This document shows, in pieces, positions 1-47,150 of a stretch of DNA of 64,000 nt. The notes beneath the pieces were generated by a model, which was given only the letters and a program-made list of their open reading frames with translations, was not told the origin of the DNA and searched no databases. Each line of letters starts with the position of its first letter. Positions within the stretch are counted from its first letter, which is position 1. The stretch comes from Octopus sinensis (taxonomy: Eukaryota): positions 39,804,001 to 39,868,000 of the forward strand of contig NC_043014.1 in the NCBI RefSeq assembly GCF_006345805.1, written 5' to 3'. The translations under genes and the position numbers were made by a program.

Positions 1-60
1 CAAAGTGTGTGGAGATGATTAATTTATCAGTTTTTTTTCCTGATGATAAATGAGGAAAGA

Positions 61-467
61 TACTCTTTTACTCTTTTACTTGTTTCAGTCATTTGACTGC
101 GGCCATGCTGGAGCACCGCCTTTAATCGAGCAACTCGACCCCAGGACTTATTCTTTTGTAAGCCCAGTACTTATCCTATCGGTCTCTTTTGCCGAACCCC
201 TAAGTAACGGGGACATAAACACACCAGCATTGGTTGTCAAGCAATGCTAGGGAGACAAACACAGACACACAAACACACACATACATATATACATACATAT
301 ATACGACAGGCTTCTTTCAGTTTCCATCTACCAAATCCACTCACAAGGCATTGGTCGGCCCGGGGCTATAGCAGAAGACACTTGCCCAAGATGCCACGCA
401 GTGGGACTGAACCCGGAACCATGTGGTTGGTTAGCAAGCTACTTACCACACAGCCACTCCTGCGCCT
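61..467 (-). mobile_element. tRNA-derived SINE family A (~400 bp, internal (TA)n/(TG)n)
   Basis: Head AGGCGCAGGAGTGGCTGTGTGGTAAG...GGTTCAGTCCCAC (A/B-box-like) and tail AAACAAGTAAAAGAG. Near-full copies at 10981-11385, 12510-12795 and 27734-28150 (+), 14106-14272 joined to 17197-17450 (+, split), and 18363-18767, 42084-42466, 45570-46014, 50403-50800 and 63432-63831 (-). Confidence 0.85.
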
Positions 468-885
468 ATATGAATTATATTTAAATAATTTATTGTATTT
501 TTGCTTACATTTATTATAGAGTGCTGCTGTCACTTTAGCAACTGCACGCAGATTTGTGTCAAAAGCTAGCAAACAATACCATGGAAGCAACTATAAGGAT
601 TATGGGTAAGAATTTTCAGTTGTAAAATCTCATTCTATACAGATTCAGTCTTTTTTAATCTTAGGTTGAAATTCTCTTGTTAATTGTCTAAATGACTGAG
701 TTAAATTGGTGTTAATATAATTGCATTTTTTTGCGGGGACTATTAACATTATTTTTAGAGATGAAATATTTTTCATAGAGGTGAATATCGAAAAGGAGAT
801 CTTTGATTTCTGAACATAAAATTAATTGAACTGAAAAATTATAATTTTAAATTATCACCCCTTTTTTTATTATTTCTTTATCAAG

Positions 886-33895
<33,010 letters not shown>

Positions 33896-35751
33896 ATTTC
33901 TATTTTATAGAGTATATTATATAAAAAAAAATATTTAGAAATATTTAAAATGAGATATCAAGGGAAAGCATCATTCTTTGATACAAACACAAATATATAT
34001 GTAATACATATATCAAATACAAACTCACTATTTATAATGTAATCTATGCTCAAAGTTGACATTTGACAGTTATGTTTAGGTAATTTTCGTGGCTTTAACT
34101 AGCCGGAGCTAGTTCACTAGTCACCAAAATCTACTCTATAGAGTAGATATTGTATCTAATCAAAGCTTTTTATAGACAAAATAATTTGTATTTGTTGTAT
34201 AAAAGATTTATTTTGTTATATTTGTTGCTGCACAAGCTGCTATTCACATACGTCATCCAGTTTCAATATATATAATAGAACACAACATTCCTCTACCTTC
34301 TTCATTTCTAAAATTGTTCTTAATATCATTGAAAATGATTCTGTGAAGCTTTTAGAAGGAGAAGGAGAAGTAAAGTTCAGATGGCCACCAGTCCAACTGC
34401 AAAAAAAGATATCCTTTTGGCTGTAAGGAAAATTTAAAAAAAAAAGGTTAAGTTTTCAATTGTAGAATGTTGGTTTTCCCCATTTGTTGTAAAGCTTCTT
34501 ACTGTAAGTGAAAAACCACAAAGAAATTTGAATTTTAGCAAGTCTTTTTATAATTTCTATTGTATAAAATATATTTGTGCCTAGCTGATATGCTAGAAAT
34601 ATCTTTCAAAGAATATGTTTTATATTCCTATCCTACTAAGTAAGTGTTAATGTTTTATTTTCGCTGCCCTTTCTATGTAAACTTCTGATATCAGTATTTA
34701 AGCTGGCAAAGGGAATGAACGACTCTATTTATCTCAGTTTTTTTCTTATAAAAGCCCCTATTTTCTTGATTTTGTTTGGATCACCATAGATATTCCTTTG
34801 CCTAATTATGCTTCATTATCTTGTATTCTTATATTTGGGAATAATTTTAACTGAATTTCATTTAAAGAAAAGTCTTCCTCTACTTTTCATATATATATAT
34901 ATATATATATATATTGAAATTGGAAACTAAGAAATTGAAATTAACAATAGAAATATTTACTGTATTTTATTTTCTTTCATAATTACTTGAAAGAAAAAAC
35001 TAAAATACCAGTTAAAATTACAATCTCTCTCTCTCTCTCTCTTCTCTCAGATAAAATAAAAAATCGTTAAAAACATATTTCTTCATATAAATAATATATG
35101 TTGATAATATTAAATGCTAAACTTGACTTTGCCTTTCATCTTTTGGGGATTAATAAAATAAGTACCAGTTGAAAACTGGGGTCGATATAATTAACTGACC
35201 CCCTTCACTGAAATTGTTGGCCTTGTGCCAAAATTTGATACCAATATTAAATGCTCAATTGAGGTTATTACTTAAAAGCAAGAAGGTGGCTAGCAAACAG
35301 AATCATTAACCTGTTGGAAACAAAATGCTTGGCAGTATTTCTACTGATTCTTTGTATTCTGATTTCAAATTTCGCTGAGGTCGACTTTACCTTTCATCCT
35401 TTTGGGGGTTGATAAAATAAGTACCAGTTAAACAATGGGGTTGATGTAATTGACTAGCTCCCCACACCCAAAAAAATTTCAGGCCTTGTACCTATAGTAG
35501 AAAGAAATATTTTAAAGCAAGCCTTAATAATAACAACAGGATATTAACTGATGAAGGAGGAGGGACTTAAATACCAAGAGGTAAATTCATTGTAAAGTCA
35601 CAATTGATATTATCTAAGATGGCAAGCTGGCAGAATTGGTAGCATGCTGGGTGAAATGCTTTGTGGCATTTTGTCCATCTTTACATTCTGAGTTCAAATG
35701 CCGTTGGAGTTGACTTTGCTTTTCATCCTTTTGGGGGTCAATAAAATGAGA

Positions 35752-36062
35752 CGTCTGCATTGGCTGGGTCATGCCCTCCGTCGTCAGCCAGGAGAATTCA
35801 TCTACGAAGCAATTGCCCCAGTTCCCCTTCAGGGTTGGCAAAAGCGATGTGGTGGACAACGAAAAACCTGGCTGACGACGGTCAAGGCTGATCTGGAACC
35901 CAACCTAGGCCCCCATATCTACAGCGTTCGCCGCTGGAATAAGGAGTGGTTGGAGATCACGCGGTGATTAGCCTCAAATCGCCATGTCTGGTCGGCGTTT
36001 GTGAGAGATGCAGCATTGAGAATGAAGCCAGCTCAACCCACCCCGGGTGAATGCTGTAAGAG
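35752..36062 (+). mobile_element. 3' remnant of a second RTE-like LINE family, inserted in a SINE
   Basis: Translation RRLHWLGHALRR...GGQRKTWLTTVKADL...LASNR; the same 3' end recurs at about 56741-56845. Confidence 0.75.
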
Positions 36063-37613
36063 GAGAGGTATCGGTTGAGCACTGGCATTGATGTAATTGA
36101 TTTGTCCCCTCCCCCGAAATTTCAGGCTTTATACCTTTAGTAGAAAGGAATATTATCTATCATTTAAGGGGGCAAGCTGGCAGATTTGTTAGCACGCTAG
36201 GCAAAATGCTTTGCAGCCTTTCGTCTGTTTTAACAATTCTGAGTTCAAATTCTGCTGGGGTTGACTTTTGCCTTTCATCCTTTTGGGGTTGATAAAATAA
36301 GTACCATTTGAATACTGGGGTCAATGTAATCAACTTAGCTCCTCCCCTGAAATTGCTGGCCTGGTGCCAAAATTTGAAACCAATATTATCTATTATCTGT
36401 CAGATTTTTTCTAGTTTCTTCAAATTATTTCCTGTTGGAATTATCATATTTCTTTCATTCACAAATTCTCTTATGACTGTCATATTATCTCACATGTCAT
36501 ACAAATATAAAAAAAGGAATAATAATACTAACAATACTGTCAATTAATTTATATTATTCTTATTCATTATGTTATATAAAACTTGTGGTGAGTGCTTTAG
36601 AACAAGAGATAAGCTCTTGTATGTCATCATCATATTCTTGTTTCGAATCTCACTCAGAGAAAGGCATGAACATGACACTACATCATTTTCTCTTTTTAAA
36701 GTACACAAGCTTGCAACCTAGCCAAAGGATAAACTACTAATATATTTATAAAATTATTCATTATTCATCCATGTTTATCAGTATTAAATTGGCTATATCT
36801 GTCTCAATCTTTCATTATAAAATCCCTGCTCACTTAATTTTGCTCTGATCTCTCTAATTTATATTTTCTTTTGCTTAATATTTTTACTGATTTAATTCTT
36901 ATCCATTTTTCACAAGCAACAATGGGAAACTACAACTCCTCTTCCGAAATTATCAAATTTGCAAATACAGCATGTATTCTAATCCACTAAATAGCACTTC
37001 TTACATATATATAGATAGATAGATAGATAGATTGATAGATAGATAGAACCAACACTGGGTAGGATCTATGGTTTATATTGGATTTAGTACCTATATATAA
37101 TTATAAATAAAGAGAAAAATATACTTATAAAATTTATTTTACCATTCGATATTGTTTCCCAGCTTAATAAACATGTATATGGATTTCTTTTAACCTGAAG
37201 AGCTAGCTTAATATCTGCATTAATTTAAAAATTGCATATAAATGCAGACATGTAATTTATTACTTATAAAATATAATAAAATAAATTATTTATATGTTTA
37301 TTAAGCTGCGAAACAATTGTTGTTAAATAAGAATTTCCAGTGGTAAAATAAATTTTATCATAGTATATTTCTCTCTGTATTTATAATTTTATACACTCCT
37401 TATGTTTTACTGTATATTCTATTTGTTTTGTAGAATGGTACATTAAGCAACTTTTTTTATGAGTACCACCAGATTAGTTGAATTCATATATATATATATA
37501 TATATAAAACTTTCTTAAAAAAGTTCCTACCGTTAATGGTTATATTTCCATACCGAAATCTACCCGGAAATAATTGTTGTTTTTTTTTAATTAATAATTA
37601 TTTACCCTTATAT

Positions 37614-37644
<31 letters not shown>

Positions 37645-38190
37645 CTACATATATACATACCTGCAGTAATGGTTGTTTTACTTTACTGGGAACTTAATGT
37701 TATGGTACCCAGCCAGTACTAGGCATCCTACTTGCGATATGCCTAGATTCTACTGAATCCTGTAACTATTCAATAGATAGACATGTAGGCAGATAGGTAT
37801 GTGTATGTGGCCTTTTTGAACTTAACTTCCTTGCAGTTCTTTCATTGTCATGGTTTATACCAGTCACGGGCAAATCATAGCCCATGGAACTTTCTGAATG
37901 GCACACCTGCAGCCAGCTTCTTAAAAAAAATAATAAATAAATGCTGCTCACACTTGGTTTTGACATTACTTTCCTCTATTAAATTCCTCAACTTCTAACC
38001 TATCTGTAACTATTTCATAATTCACAGAATATATCTATTACATTTAGTAATATTTGTAATACACTGCTACGAGACATGACAACTCACTTTTTGTCCACCA
38101 GACATGTTGTTATAACCTGTATAAGTCATATTCCTTGCAGACTATATTGAATTTCACACCTGGGGCCAAATTGTGACAATCTGTTATTGA

Positions 38191-38417
38191 TTAACCCTTT
38201 AGTGTTCAGATTATTCTATCAAACATAATGCCTATTGATTCCCATTAATTTGAATTAATCATGCATTATCTCATATCTTCAAGATCTTGATGGTGTAATT
38301 ACTTAATGTAGAATAACATTGTAGGGTAGGTGTGAGGGCCTGGATCTGGTCAGTTTGAACAGAAAACAGATTAGCTATTTTGGCCGGATATGGCCGGTTT
38401 AAATACTAAAGGGTTAA
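38191..38417. mobile_element. piggyBac-like MITE, intact ~225-bp copy
   Basis: TTAACCCTTTAGT...ACTAAAGGGTTAA; internal sequence matches 1054-1632; partial copies end at about 4567 and 42592. Confidence 0.8.
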
Positions 38418-41400
38418 TCATTGCAGTTCTTCTATTGATTTTGCAGATGTTAAGTACAGCCATTCTTGATTTTTATTGTTAGGTTTCAAATCAAGAACAA
38501 GAAAAGGGAAGAGAGTTAGGAAAAGAACCTCAATAAATGGTTGCCTGAATTTCAATATTGGTCCTAGTGCTAATTTAGCTCCATTAATTACAGATATTCT
38601 TTATTGCTGGCTAGTTCTTAATTTTCATTTGGAATATGGATGTTGTGATTTACGGCTCTATGGACCTCATTACTTGGTCTATGGCTTCAACCAAAACATT
38701 TATTATTTTCAGTCAAATTAGATGAAAATGATGCTGAGATAAAGAATATGAACCATATTATTTAGGAGTTCAAATTTCAAAATATTGAGTAAAAATATCA
38801 ATGATGTGGAATGGTATAAAGATAAGCTCTGTTGATGTCAATTTAGTTTTTCCTTTTTGACTAATACAAAATGATGCTGAGATAAAGAATATGAACCATA
38901 TGATTTAGGAGTTCAAAATTCAAAATAATGGGTAAAAATATCAATGATGTGGATTGGTATAAAGATAAGCTCTGTTGATGTCAATTTAGCTTTTCATTTT
39001 TGACTAATACAATCTGTGAAAACAGTGCTTTAGTGTGGCCTTAATCCTGATGGCTGAAACAAAATAAAGAACTGACGAGTCAATTTTCTACTAAAAAAAA
39101 ATAAAGGATTGGAAAGTAAAACACAATATTTACTATAAACGATTTAAAACTAAACTAAAAACCATACCAACAAATCTGTATAGCTAAAGTATTTAAGTCA
39201 TATGAAATTTAATATTAATTTGTTATAAGGTGGTGCCTGATAGAATTGTTAGCACATTGGGGAAAATGCTTAGTGGCATTTTGTCCATCTTTACATTACG
39301 AGTTCAAATTCCACCGAGGTCGACTTTGCCTTTCATCTTTTTGCGTTTGATGAACTAAGTACCTGTTGAGCACTGGGGTCGATGTAATCAACTTAACCCC
39401 TTCCTAGAATTGCTGGCCTTATGTCAAAATTTGAAACAAATATTAATTACTTATGGGTTTTTCTTTTGTATTATTCCTGCCATCTCAGTGGTCCTAAAAA
39501 CTAAAGGTTTTTTTTTAACAACCCAGTTCTTGTAGGAAAATTGTTTGATAAAGTGTGGTTAAGGAACTCACTTTGCAACCACATGGTTTTCGGTTCAGTC
39601 CTCCAGTGCAGTACCTTGGACAAGTGTGTTCTACTACAGCTCTAGGCTGACCAATGACTCTTGTGAGTGAATTTAGTAGGCAGAAACTGCATGGAAGCCC
39701 ATCATATATACATATATATATATGTGCGTGTGCCTTTGTGTTTTGTATCCTCAGCACCACTTGACAACCAATGTTGGTTTGTTTACGTCCTTGTAACTTA
39801 ATGGTTTGACAAAAGAGACCAGTAGAATAAGTACCCTTAACTTTAAAAAATAAGTCCAGGGGTCGATTTGTTTGACTAAACCCTTCAAGGCAGTGCACCA
39901 GCATGGCCGCAGTCCAGTAAATGAAACAAATAAGGGGCAAAAGCATAAGAGATATTCTCAATTAAGATAAACTTTTTTTCTATTAAATGCATTAATTTAG
40001 ATGTTTGCTGACTTTTTTTTTTTTTTTTTTACTCAATCATGGCATATTACTCAAAACCTAGCAAAAGTGGTAGTTTGTAATACGCATACAATAGCCTTCA
40101 AAAGCCTATGGAAGCTATACAAACTTGCAGTATGGAATTGTTTGCCTGGTCCTTAACACGCACACACACACACATAAACATTCACTCTCTTAAAATCTTT
40201 GTGCTGTGGCTCCTAACTGTTACAGGAAGGAACCTAGATTATAATGTTGATAACCATTTTCTTCTTATCAATAAATGCTTACTTTGGTGATTTAAAAAAA
40301 AAATTTTTGAATGATAGCTTTCTGTCTGATTGCAATTTATGCCTCCATATATTTACATTCTTTTATAATATTTTGAGAAGGCAGTGTACATTTAATTCAG
40401 TTCATACACCTACTGTGATATTTATATTTTAACCATTCCTTTAACTGGAAATTATTAAGCTGGACCAAGAAATGTCTGTGTAATCCAAATTTTTTTTTTC
40501 AGCTGTGAAACACTGAAAGCAGCGATCAGATCTTATCCAGTTCTTTGCTTTGAGTGATTACAGAACTTCCATATAAACATGGTTACACTTACAAAGGCAC
40601 TTTCTTTTTTTCCCAATATTTAGTTTATTTTTTAATGCCAAAGAACATTACAAGTTTGTGAAAAAAAGAAATTTCTATAGTTTGGCTTTCAGATGCAACT
40701 TCCATCTATTTTCAGTATATAGTCATTTTATGGTTAATTATTTTTCTATAAGGAGAAACAAACCCTGTATCAGTGCTAATTATAAAATGCCTATCACTGT
40801 GACCAGAGTTAGATTTTCTTCTGATAATATATAATATTAATTAACTATTTTTTTTCTACAATGTCTTTTAATAGCATTTTGATAAAATATAAAACAGAAA
40901 GCTTCTATACACAAGTAGCTGCATGAAGCAGTGAAAGCCTACAAAATTGTGTTTGATAGTTATTTAAACCTGTAAATGCTTTTCACAGCAGTTTGTCATG
41001 TGTGATTTTTTTTTTTTGGTCCATGATACACCGCAGTGAAATGATCTTACCAGTTCAAATACCTCTCAAACACAATTTTGAAATGGTCTTAAGATTGTAT
41101 AGAAAGTTTCTATGATATAATATTTAAGTAATATATGACTAAAATTTTGCAATGTGCTTCAGACATTCTTAAATAAACTAAAGATACTGACTTGATTATT
41201 CAGGGTAAAAATCAAGAGAGAAAATATCCAATTTCCATAAATATTTCAATGTTTCATGCAATGGAATTTTGTTTTGTTTTGTTTTGTTTATCTTTTGTTA
41301 AACTTGTAAAATATACTTTGTAATTTATGCAAAAATGAATTGTGTTTTGTTGTTCATTAAATTTTATGAGATATTTCATTGTAACATATCCCTTATAATT

Positions 41401-42600
41401 AAACACACAGCAAAATAAAGCTACTTGTCCTAAATATTTTCATTCTTTATTTTTTATAAACTTATTTATCATTATTATTTTTTGGAAGAGGAATTATAAT
41501 TCAGTGAATCCAACTTTGTTTCTTACAATTATTTTAATAATTGCAGCGTGGAAGGTGTTTATAAGCCATTTAAGAAACACACAAAACCGTTAGATTCACT
41601 TCAACATATAAATTTAATTTGTCACTTTGAGACCACGATCTGTTCACTGACAAAAGGTCGCAGTCTCAAAGCAACAAAAATATTTTGACAAATTAAATTT
41701 ATATGTTGAAGTGAATCTAACGGTTTTGTGTGTTTCTTAAATGGCTTATAAACACCTTCCACGCTGCAATTGTTTTCGTTCCAGCACACGATCTCAGATC
41801 AAGTCACTCGCTATGCAAGTACATCTCCGTAATTATTTTAATTTCTCAGTGAAAACTGAAATAAATGCAAGCAATATTCCGATAGATAAAACAACTAGCG
41901 AATTGTAAAATGCACAGCTCAGAAGGAAGAGTGTAAAAGGCTGTATATAAATGCAAAGGCTGTATACTGAAGCTTCAAAGCAACACCTGTTTTCCATTTT
42001 TAAACTTGATTCAAGATGGTTCCCACTATCAGCAATTCTTATTTAATCATGCATTATATTATAGTTTTGAGATTTCAATGATATACTCTTTACTCTCTCT
42101 GTTACTTGTTTCAGTCATTTGACTGCGGCCATGCTGGAGCACCGCCTTTAGTCGAGCAAATCGACCCCGGGACTTATTCTTTGTAAGCCCAGTACTTATT
42201 CTATCGGTCTCTTTTGCTGAACCACTAAGTGACGGAGACATAAACACACTAGCATCGGTTGTCAAGCAATGCTAGGGGGACAAACACAGACACACATATA
42301 TACGACAGGCTTCTTTCAGTTTCCGTCTACTAAATCCACTCACAAGGCTTTGGTCGGCCCGGGGCTATAGCAGAAGACACTTGCCCAAGATGCCACGCAG
42401 TGGGACTGAACCCGGAACCATGTGGTTGGTAAGCAAGCTACTTACCACACAGCCACTCCTGCGCCTATATAATTGTATATTTTTAGAATAACATTGTAGG
42501 GTAGGTGTGAGAAGCCAGACCTGGCCAGTTTGAACATAAAACAGCGAGAACATTTTCACTGGATATGGCTGTCTTAAATACTAAAGGGTTAAAGTATGAC

Positions 42601-43166
42601 TTGGGTTGTCCGGAAAGTTTGTGCCGATTTTTAAAGAAAAGAAAAGGGTCACTGAATACTCGCCATTACATTTTTAATCAACCAAATATGAACCCTTTTG
42701 TTGCACAATGCATCTGCATCTTTTCTTTAACTTGAAAATACCCTCTTCACAGAATTGAGGTGGTTTCATGGCAAAGAATTCATCAAGGTATCTTTTTACG
42801 TCATCCAAGGAATTCAAATTTTTACCATTAAGACTATTCTGCAGAGACCTGAATAAGTGGAAATCCAAAGGAGCAATATCTGGTGAATACGGAGGGTGGG
42901 GTATCACATCCCAGCTGAGCTGCAGCAATTTTTGTCTGGTTCCCAAAGCATCAATTGCCGAAAATGAACTTTCTTATCTTCCATTTTAAAGGGTTACAGA
43001 ATTAAAACAGGTTATAGGAACATAAAAATTCTTCCACGAAAAGATAGCTTAAACTGTGCTCTAAATGGAGGTGTAGTCAAATCTTATTTTATGGATTCAA
43101 CCATGTTGTAAAATAAGTCGAAAGGTAAGCTACTATAAATCGGCAAGAACTTTCTGGACAACCCAA
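42601..43166 (-). mobile_element. Internally deleted mariner (Tc1/mariner) element
   Basis: ORF 42674..42946 encodes a transposase C-terminus (HPPYSPDIAPLDFHLFRSLQ). TIRs are TTGGGTTGTCCGGAAAGTT at 42601 and its complement ending at 43166, followed by TA. A solo TIR also occurs at about 24397. Confidence 0.9.
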
Positions 43167-44678
43167 TAGAAGTTGTTTAGCGACATCCTACTTTGGACAT
43201 CTTGACAGGTTTGTAATTACGTTATTTGTTCTGTGAAGGCACATGTCAATCAGTTAACACTGGATGTCACCAAGAGAAATTATAACAGATCATGGAAGAA
43301 GGAAATAGATAAAAGGTCAGGGCCATGCAAATATGAACAAACTTACCCGTATGACAACAATGAAGATGATGATAACTTTAGTAATTAGAAAAAAAATGTG
43401 ATAGTGTTAATGAGATATTTTAGGTTTTTTTTTTTGCCATAACCTGACAAAATAACCTTGGTGATATTAGAGACCTATATGAAGAAATAGTAAAGTAGAT
43501 GATAACATACAAGATGTAGGAATTTTAAAATTATAATCACATCTTTGGTAATGAGAATTATTATCTGAATGACAAATTCTGATTTAAAAAATAAAGGGCA
43601 GTTGAGACAACCCTGAAATTTCTATTATGGAAATTCAGTGAAGAGTGAGTCTGATTTTTAACAGTGCTGTGATAACTCTGAAGTTGTTCCAGTCTTATTA
43701 GGCCTCCTCAGCAAAGTACAGTTTAACTGTTACTGCAGATCTTAGATGTAAATTTAATTGAAATTTTCTGGTTTATTACATCAAATAAGCTAGCACTTAC
43801 AAAATGCCTATCAGCATTTACTTTTAACTCTTACTGAAATGTCAATATGGGCAACTTAGCTTTCATAGAATCAATAAAATAGTTAACTCTACATATTTAT
43901 TTAACCTTGTTTTAGAATAGTTTTGCCACAAAGGTAATGATTACAAATTAATTTGCTAAATAAACAATAGCAGTCAATTCTACCAGTTTTGTAGTGCCTG
44001 CAAAGGTCATGACAAAGGTTACACTTTCTGACCAAGCTATTAAAAAAAGAAAAAAAGTTATCTTTTATTTTTTACTTTTTTCAGTCATTAGACAATAAGG
44101 CTTGCAGGGGTCCCACATTGAAAAATTTTAGTCAAACTTATTGACCCCTGTACTTGCTGTTTTTGTAAAGCCTAGCACTTATTCTATCAGTTCCATTTTG
44201 CTAAACTGCTAAGTTACAGGGATGTAAATACACTGGTTGTCAAGTGGTGGTGGAGGACAAACACAAACACAGAGACACACACACATATGTATATACATGA
44301 GGGCTTCTTTCAGTTTTGGTCTACCAAATCCACTACAAGGTTGTGGTCAGCCTGAGGCTAAAGTAGAAGACACTTGCCCAATATGTCACGCAGTAGGGAC
44401 TGAACTGAGAACCGTGTGGTTGGGAAGCAAAATTATTACCACACAGCCGCACCTATTAATAAATAAAAATAATTACCATCTTCTATGGTGTGCTGCAAAA
44501 GTTTTCTAATACAGTAATCCCTTGACTATCGCAGGTGTTATGTTTCCAAACCCCCCACGACAGGTGAAAATCTGCAAAGTAGAAACAGTACCGTACTGTA
44601 ATTTTATATTATTTTTATAATTTGTATGTTTGAAAGCAATGATAAATCTCTGAACGAGATGTAAACCGTAAGCGCTTG

Positions 44679-45023
44679 ACAACGTAAAGTATACTAGCCA
44701 TCTCAATATGGCTAACCACTAGGGGTGGGCGTTACTGTAGCTTTTTAGCCCCAGGAGATCATCGTCTCCAGCTGGCTTTAGACACAATTTCTGTGCCCTT
44801 ATGATTACCGTGTGTTGACAAGAGATAATAATCTCGAAACTGCAGTCCATGCGTATCACTTGGGTTTACAAGAGGGGATGACCTCCCTTTGCAAATACCA
44901 TAAGTGCACAGAAATTGTGCCTAAAGCCAGCTGGAGACGATGATCTCCTGGAGCTAAAAAGCTACAGTAACACCCACCCCTAGTGGTTAGCCATATTGAG
45001 ATGGCTAGTATACTTTACGTTGT
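44679..45023. repeat. Long inverted-repeat element (~125-bp arms, ~95-bp spacer)
   Basis: 44679-44803 is the near-perfect reverse complement of 44899-45023. Confidence 0.9.
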
Positions 45024-45789
45024 ATATGTTTATTTTATTATAAATGCAAAACAACACCACACATTTGCCTCCCGAGTTTCATTTGCTGTACAGCATGTGT
45101 GGTTCTTTGTTTACTCATCTACGGTACACTCGTTTACTTGTTTCAGTCATTTGACTGTGGCCATGCTGGAGCACCGCCTTTAGTCAAGCAAATCAACCCC
45201 AAGACTTATTCATCAGCCACGTTCAGATGGTGCTTTTTACATGCCACTGGCACGAGTATCATAACTACAATTTCCATTTGATTTTTATTTTGATGTTGAC
45301 ATATTTGACTCATCAAGCACAGCGAGTCACTCTACAATCCAAGGTTAGCACAGCAGGCCGTCCTGCGAGCCATGAACTCACTTCATTTGTCGGGTCTTCG
45401 CAGTCACAGCATACACATATTTATGTTTATATATTTGAGGTTTCCATCGGGTTTGTGGTATGGCTGGTAAGTATTTGATTTAAGATCTAGTGTTATATCT
45501 AGGAAGTTTACTGAAATGTATGATCAGTTTCATTGCTGTGTCTATTCAAAAAAAGAGAAAAAAAAGACCTCTCTCTCTCTCTCTCTTTTACTTGTTTCAG
45601 TCATTTGACTGTGGCCATGCTGGAGCACCGCCTTTAGTCAAGCAAATCGATCCTGGGACTTATTCTTTGTAAGCCCAGTACTTATTCTATCGGTCTCTTT
45701 TGCTGAACCGCTAAGTAATGGGGACGTAAACACACCAGCATCGGTTGTCAAGCAATGCTAGGGGAACAAACACAGACACACAAACATAT

Positions 45790-45848
<59 letters not shown>

Positions 45849-46862
45849 TACGACAGGCTTCTTTCAGTTTCCGTCTACCAAATCCACTCACAAGGCATTG
45901 GTCGGCCCGAGGCTATAGTAGAAGACACTTGCCCAAGATGCCACGCAGTGGGACTGAACCCGGAACCATGTGGTTGGTAAGCAAGCTACTTACCACACAG
46001 CCACTCCTGAGCCTGTAAAGCAAAATTTGATTTTTTTTTATTTCAACAGCTGAAAATGAATATCTAAGAAATAAATTCAAAATAAGCAACAGTGTTTAAT
46101 GAAGATTTTATTTGAATTGTTGAATTATGCAAAATAACAAAGCTTTTTGACTTCTAGTAGTTGATCAAGGACATAAAAAAAGCAACAGATAATTAGTATA
46201 AAAGAAATGGACAAATACAGGACATAAGAAGTAAACAAATGATTGACCAACTAAAAAAAAAAAAATTATAAAAAAAAAAATGAAACAACTTAATAAAAAT
46301 TTCAAGGTATAAACATGTCTCTGCAATGTAAGTTGGAGTTGAGCACCATATCGGCCAATTTTATAGGGTTCACATCTACATAGGGTCAATATATTACTTA
46401 ATATATAACTTCTGTTTTATTTTTTTAAAACCAAGTTTATATGTGAAGAATTAAGTTTTTTTTAAATATATTTTATTACTAATAATAATAATAAACATAA
46501 ATAAAAGGGCACTTTTGGAACATGATATAATTTACTGGAACTCTAAAACTTACAGAATTTCAATTTCCTACAAATTCGAAAATTTTCTACCGTACTTAGT
46601 AATTTCAACAGAAAATTTTAGTCTAAAATAATAAATCTGAAGCAGACCTGGAATTGAGATGGCACGTAATATATGAGGTTGCTAGTGGCAACAAAAGGGC
46701 TTTGACAAATCTGATTGACTGAATGATTAATCAAACAAATGATTATTTAATTAGTTAAAAGGATAAACGACTGACAAATAAAGAAGTGAAATAGAACCAG
46801 TGCATGTGTTTATTACAGGAATAATGACCTTCCTCAGATACAAGTTAATATTGCAATTTATT

Positions 46863-47150
46863 CTGACTATTGGCGTCTCAATTTTCAAATTTATTTTGAC
46901 TATTGCTGTCTCAATTTTCAAATTTATTCTGACTATTGCTGTCTCAATTTTCAAATTTATTCTGACTATTGCCGTCTCAATTTTCAAATTTATTCTGACT
47001 ATTGCTGTCTCAATTTTCAAATTTATTCTGTTGCTGTCTCAATTTTCAAATTTATTCTGACTATTGCTGTCTCAATTTTCAAATTTATTCTGACTATTGC
47101 CGTCTCAATTTTCAAATTTATTCTGACTATTGCTGTCTCAATTTTCAAAT
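46863..47150. repeat. 33-bp minisatellite, about 9 copies
   Basis: Unit CTGACTATTGCTGTCTCAATTTTCAAATTTATT; one unit at 47028 has a 4-nt deletion. Confidence 0.95.

Noticed and set aside
50-590. Recurrent short ORFs such as FDCGHAGAPP... and ...RRHLPKMPRSGTEPGTMW...
   Set aside because: They recur only because the SINE recurs; there is no protein homology or consistent start.
46751-47150. 33-bp array as a CRISPR array or as a repeat protein (IETAIVRINLK)n
   Set aside because: There are no unique spacers and no cas genes in eukaryotic DNA, and a 4-nt deletion in one unit breaks the frame.
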